Shown: positions 62,086-64,000 of the stretch, piece by piece
Position numbering within the stretch: position 1 is the stretch's first letter
Layout: each line of letters starts with the position of its first letter
NCBI RefSeq assembly: GCF_964213995.1
Contig: NC_135816.1
Coordinates: 80,476,001-80,540,000, forward strand
Direction of reading: 5' to 3'
Origin: Mustelus asterias
Taxonomy: Eukaryota
Length of the DNA stretch: 64,000 bases
The notes under the pieces: model-generated
What the model was told of the DNA's origin: nothing
Databases searched by the model: none
The model's input: only the letters and a program-made list of their open reading frames with translations
Made by a program: the position numbers and the translations under genes

Positions 62086-63920
62086 ACAGGAGGTTAAAAA
62101 GAGGGACCTCAGGGGTAGTAATTCCTGGATTACTCCCAGTGCCACGTGCTAGTGCGAGTAGGAATAGGAAGATAGGGCAGATGAATGAGTGGCTGAGCAG
62201 CTGGTGCAGGGGGCAGGGATTCAGACTTTTGGAGCATTGGGAACTCTTGGGGTAGAGGAATGGGTTGCACCTGAACTGGAGGGGGACCGATATACTGATG
62301 GGGAGATTTGCTACATCTATTTGTGAGGGTTTAAACTGGCAGGGGGGGTGGAACACTAAAGAGTAGTGTGACAAAATGGGACACTGAGGCTCATGCAGAA
62401 TTTAAAGAGGGCAAGTTAAATAGACAAGGCAAGTAGGATCATTGCAGGAAACGAGGGAAGACTGATGAATTAACTACGATTATTTTGATACAAGAGATCT
62501 GACAGGTAAGGCAGATGAACTCAGGGCCCAGATGGGTACATGGAACTGGAATATCATAAGTATTATAAAAGCATGGCTGGACTTGCGGATAGCGATGAAC
62601 ATTGTCGGACAATACAGCACGATATAGATAGGCTGGAAAATTGGGCGGAGAAATGGTAGATGGAATTTAATCCAGATAAATGCGAAGTGATGCATTTTGG
62701 AAGAACTAATGTAGGGGGGAGTTATACAATAAATGGCAGAGCCATCAAGAGTATAGAAACACAGAGGGACCTAAGTGTGCAAGTCCACAAATCCTTGAAG
62801 GTGGCAGCACAGGTGGAGAAGCTGGTGAAGAAGGCATATGGTATGCTTGCCTTTATAGGATGGGGTATAGAGTATAAAAGCTGGAGTCTGATGATGCAGC
62901 TGTATAGAACGCTGGTTAGGCCACATTTGGAGTACTGCGTCCAGTTCTGGTTGCCACACTACCAGAAGGACGTGAAGGTTTTAGAGAGAGTGCAGAGAAG
63001 GTTTACCAGGATGTTGCCTGGTACGGAGGGTCTTTGCTCTAAGGAGAGATTGGGTAAACTGGGCTTGTTCTCCCTGGAAAGACGGAGAATGAGGGGAGAC
63101 CTAATAGACGTGAACAAAATTATGAAGGGTATAGATAGGGTGAACAGTGGGAAGCTTTTTCCCAGGTCGGAGGTAATGATCACGAGGGGCCACGGGCTCA
63201 AGGTGAGAGGGGCGAGGTTTAACTCAGATATCAGAGGGATGTTTTTTACACAGAGAGCGGTGGGGGCCTGGAATGCGCTGCCAAGTAGGGTGGTGGAGGC
63301 AGACACGCTGGCATCGTTTAAGACTTACCTGGATAGTCAGATGAGCAGCCTGGGAATGGAGGGATACAAATGATTGGTCTAGTTGGACCAAGGAGCGGCA
63401 CAGGCTTGGAGGGCCGAGGGAGGGACAGGACTGGCAGCTCAAAGTTCTGGGGTACAGATGCTTTAGGAAGGATAGAAGGGAAGGCAAGAAAGGAGGTGGA
63501 GTTGAGTTTTTGATTCGGGAAAACATCACGGCAATAGTTAGAGAGCATATTCCTGAGAGATTTAAAAAAGGTTCCAACAGAAATCCGGGAAATTGTAGGC
63601 CAGTAAATTTGACGTCGGTGGTGGGCAAGTGATTGGAAGGTGTGATAAGGGATAGGATCTACAAATATTTGGATAGGCAGGGACTTATTAGGGAGAGTCA
63701 GCATGGCTTTGTGCGTGGTAGGTCATGTTTGACCAATCTATTAGAGTTTTTCGAGGAGGTTACCAGGAAAGTGGATGAAGGGAAGGCAGTGGATATTGTC
63801 TACCTGGGTTTCAGCAAGGCCTTTGACAAGGTCCCTCATGGGAGGTTAGTTCGGAAGGTTCAGTCGCTAGGTATACATGGGGAAGTAGTAAATTGGATTA
63901 GACACTGGCTCAATGGAAGA
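62086..63920 (+). mobile_element. Nested CR1-clade LINE fragments
   Basis: ORF 62660..63373 (RT C-terminus) sits inside an endonuclease fragment (AWL|EGQDWQL); ORF 63633 has SQHGF..SCLTNL..FSKAFDKVPH. Confidence 0.9.
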
Positions 63921-64000
63921 ATGATGTGGAGATGCCGGCGTTGGACTGGGGTAAACACAGTAAGAAGTTTAACAACACCAGGTTAAAGTCCAACAGGTTT
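63921..64000 (-). mobile_element. Penelope 3' terminus running off the window
   Basis: atgatgtggagatgccggcgttggactgggg..caccaggttaaagtccaacagg. Confidence 0.85.

Overview
Eukaryotic (vertebrate) DNA, very repeat-rich. The repeat content (HE1/Mermaid-type SINEs, CR1, Penelope, Harbinger) suggests a shark or other cartilaginous fish; that is inference. From ~4.9 kb to ~60.3 kb lie three near-identical tandem units of about 19.6, 17.0 and 18.9 kb. Each carries a spliced minus-strand gene that the ORF track shows only in pieces: a 55-nt signal-peptide exon, a Cys-less IgV exon, an IgC2 exon and a transmembrane exon, all with GT-AG sites and phase-1 introns, so a CD2/SLAM-family receptor of ~256-258 aa. 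All three read into a stop right after the TM helix at a degenerate splice donor. Exon-like islands of a former cytoplasmic tail lie downstream in copies 1 and 3 and are deleted in copy 2. The IgV exons differ almost only by replacement changes, the copies are recombination mosaics, and a candidate 3-nt micro-exon precedes the TM exon. Penelope ends supply seven covarying minimal hammerhead ribozyme motifs. A more diverged fourth paralogous 3' end starts near 61 kb. The rest is TE debris (Gypsy, ERV-like pol, solo LTR, CR1, Harbinger/MITE, SINEs) and minisatellites. All coordinates and counts were read by eye.
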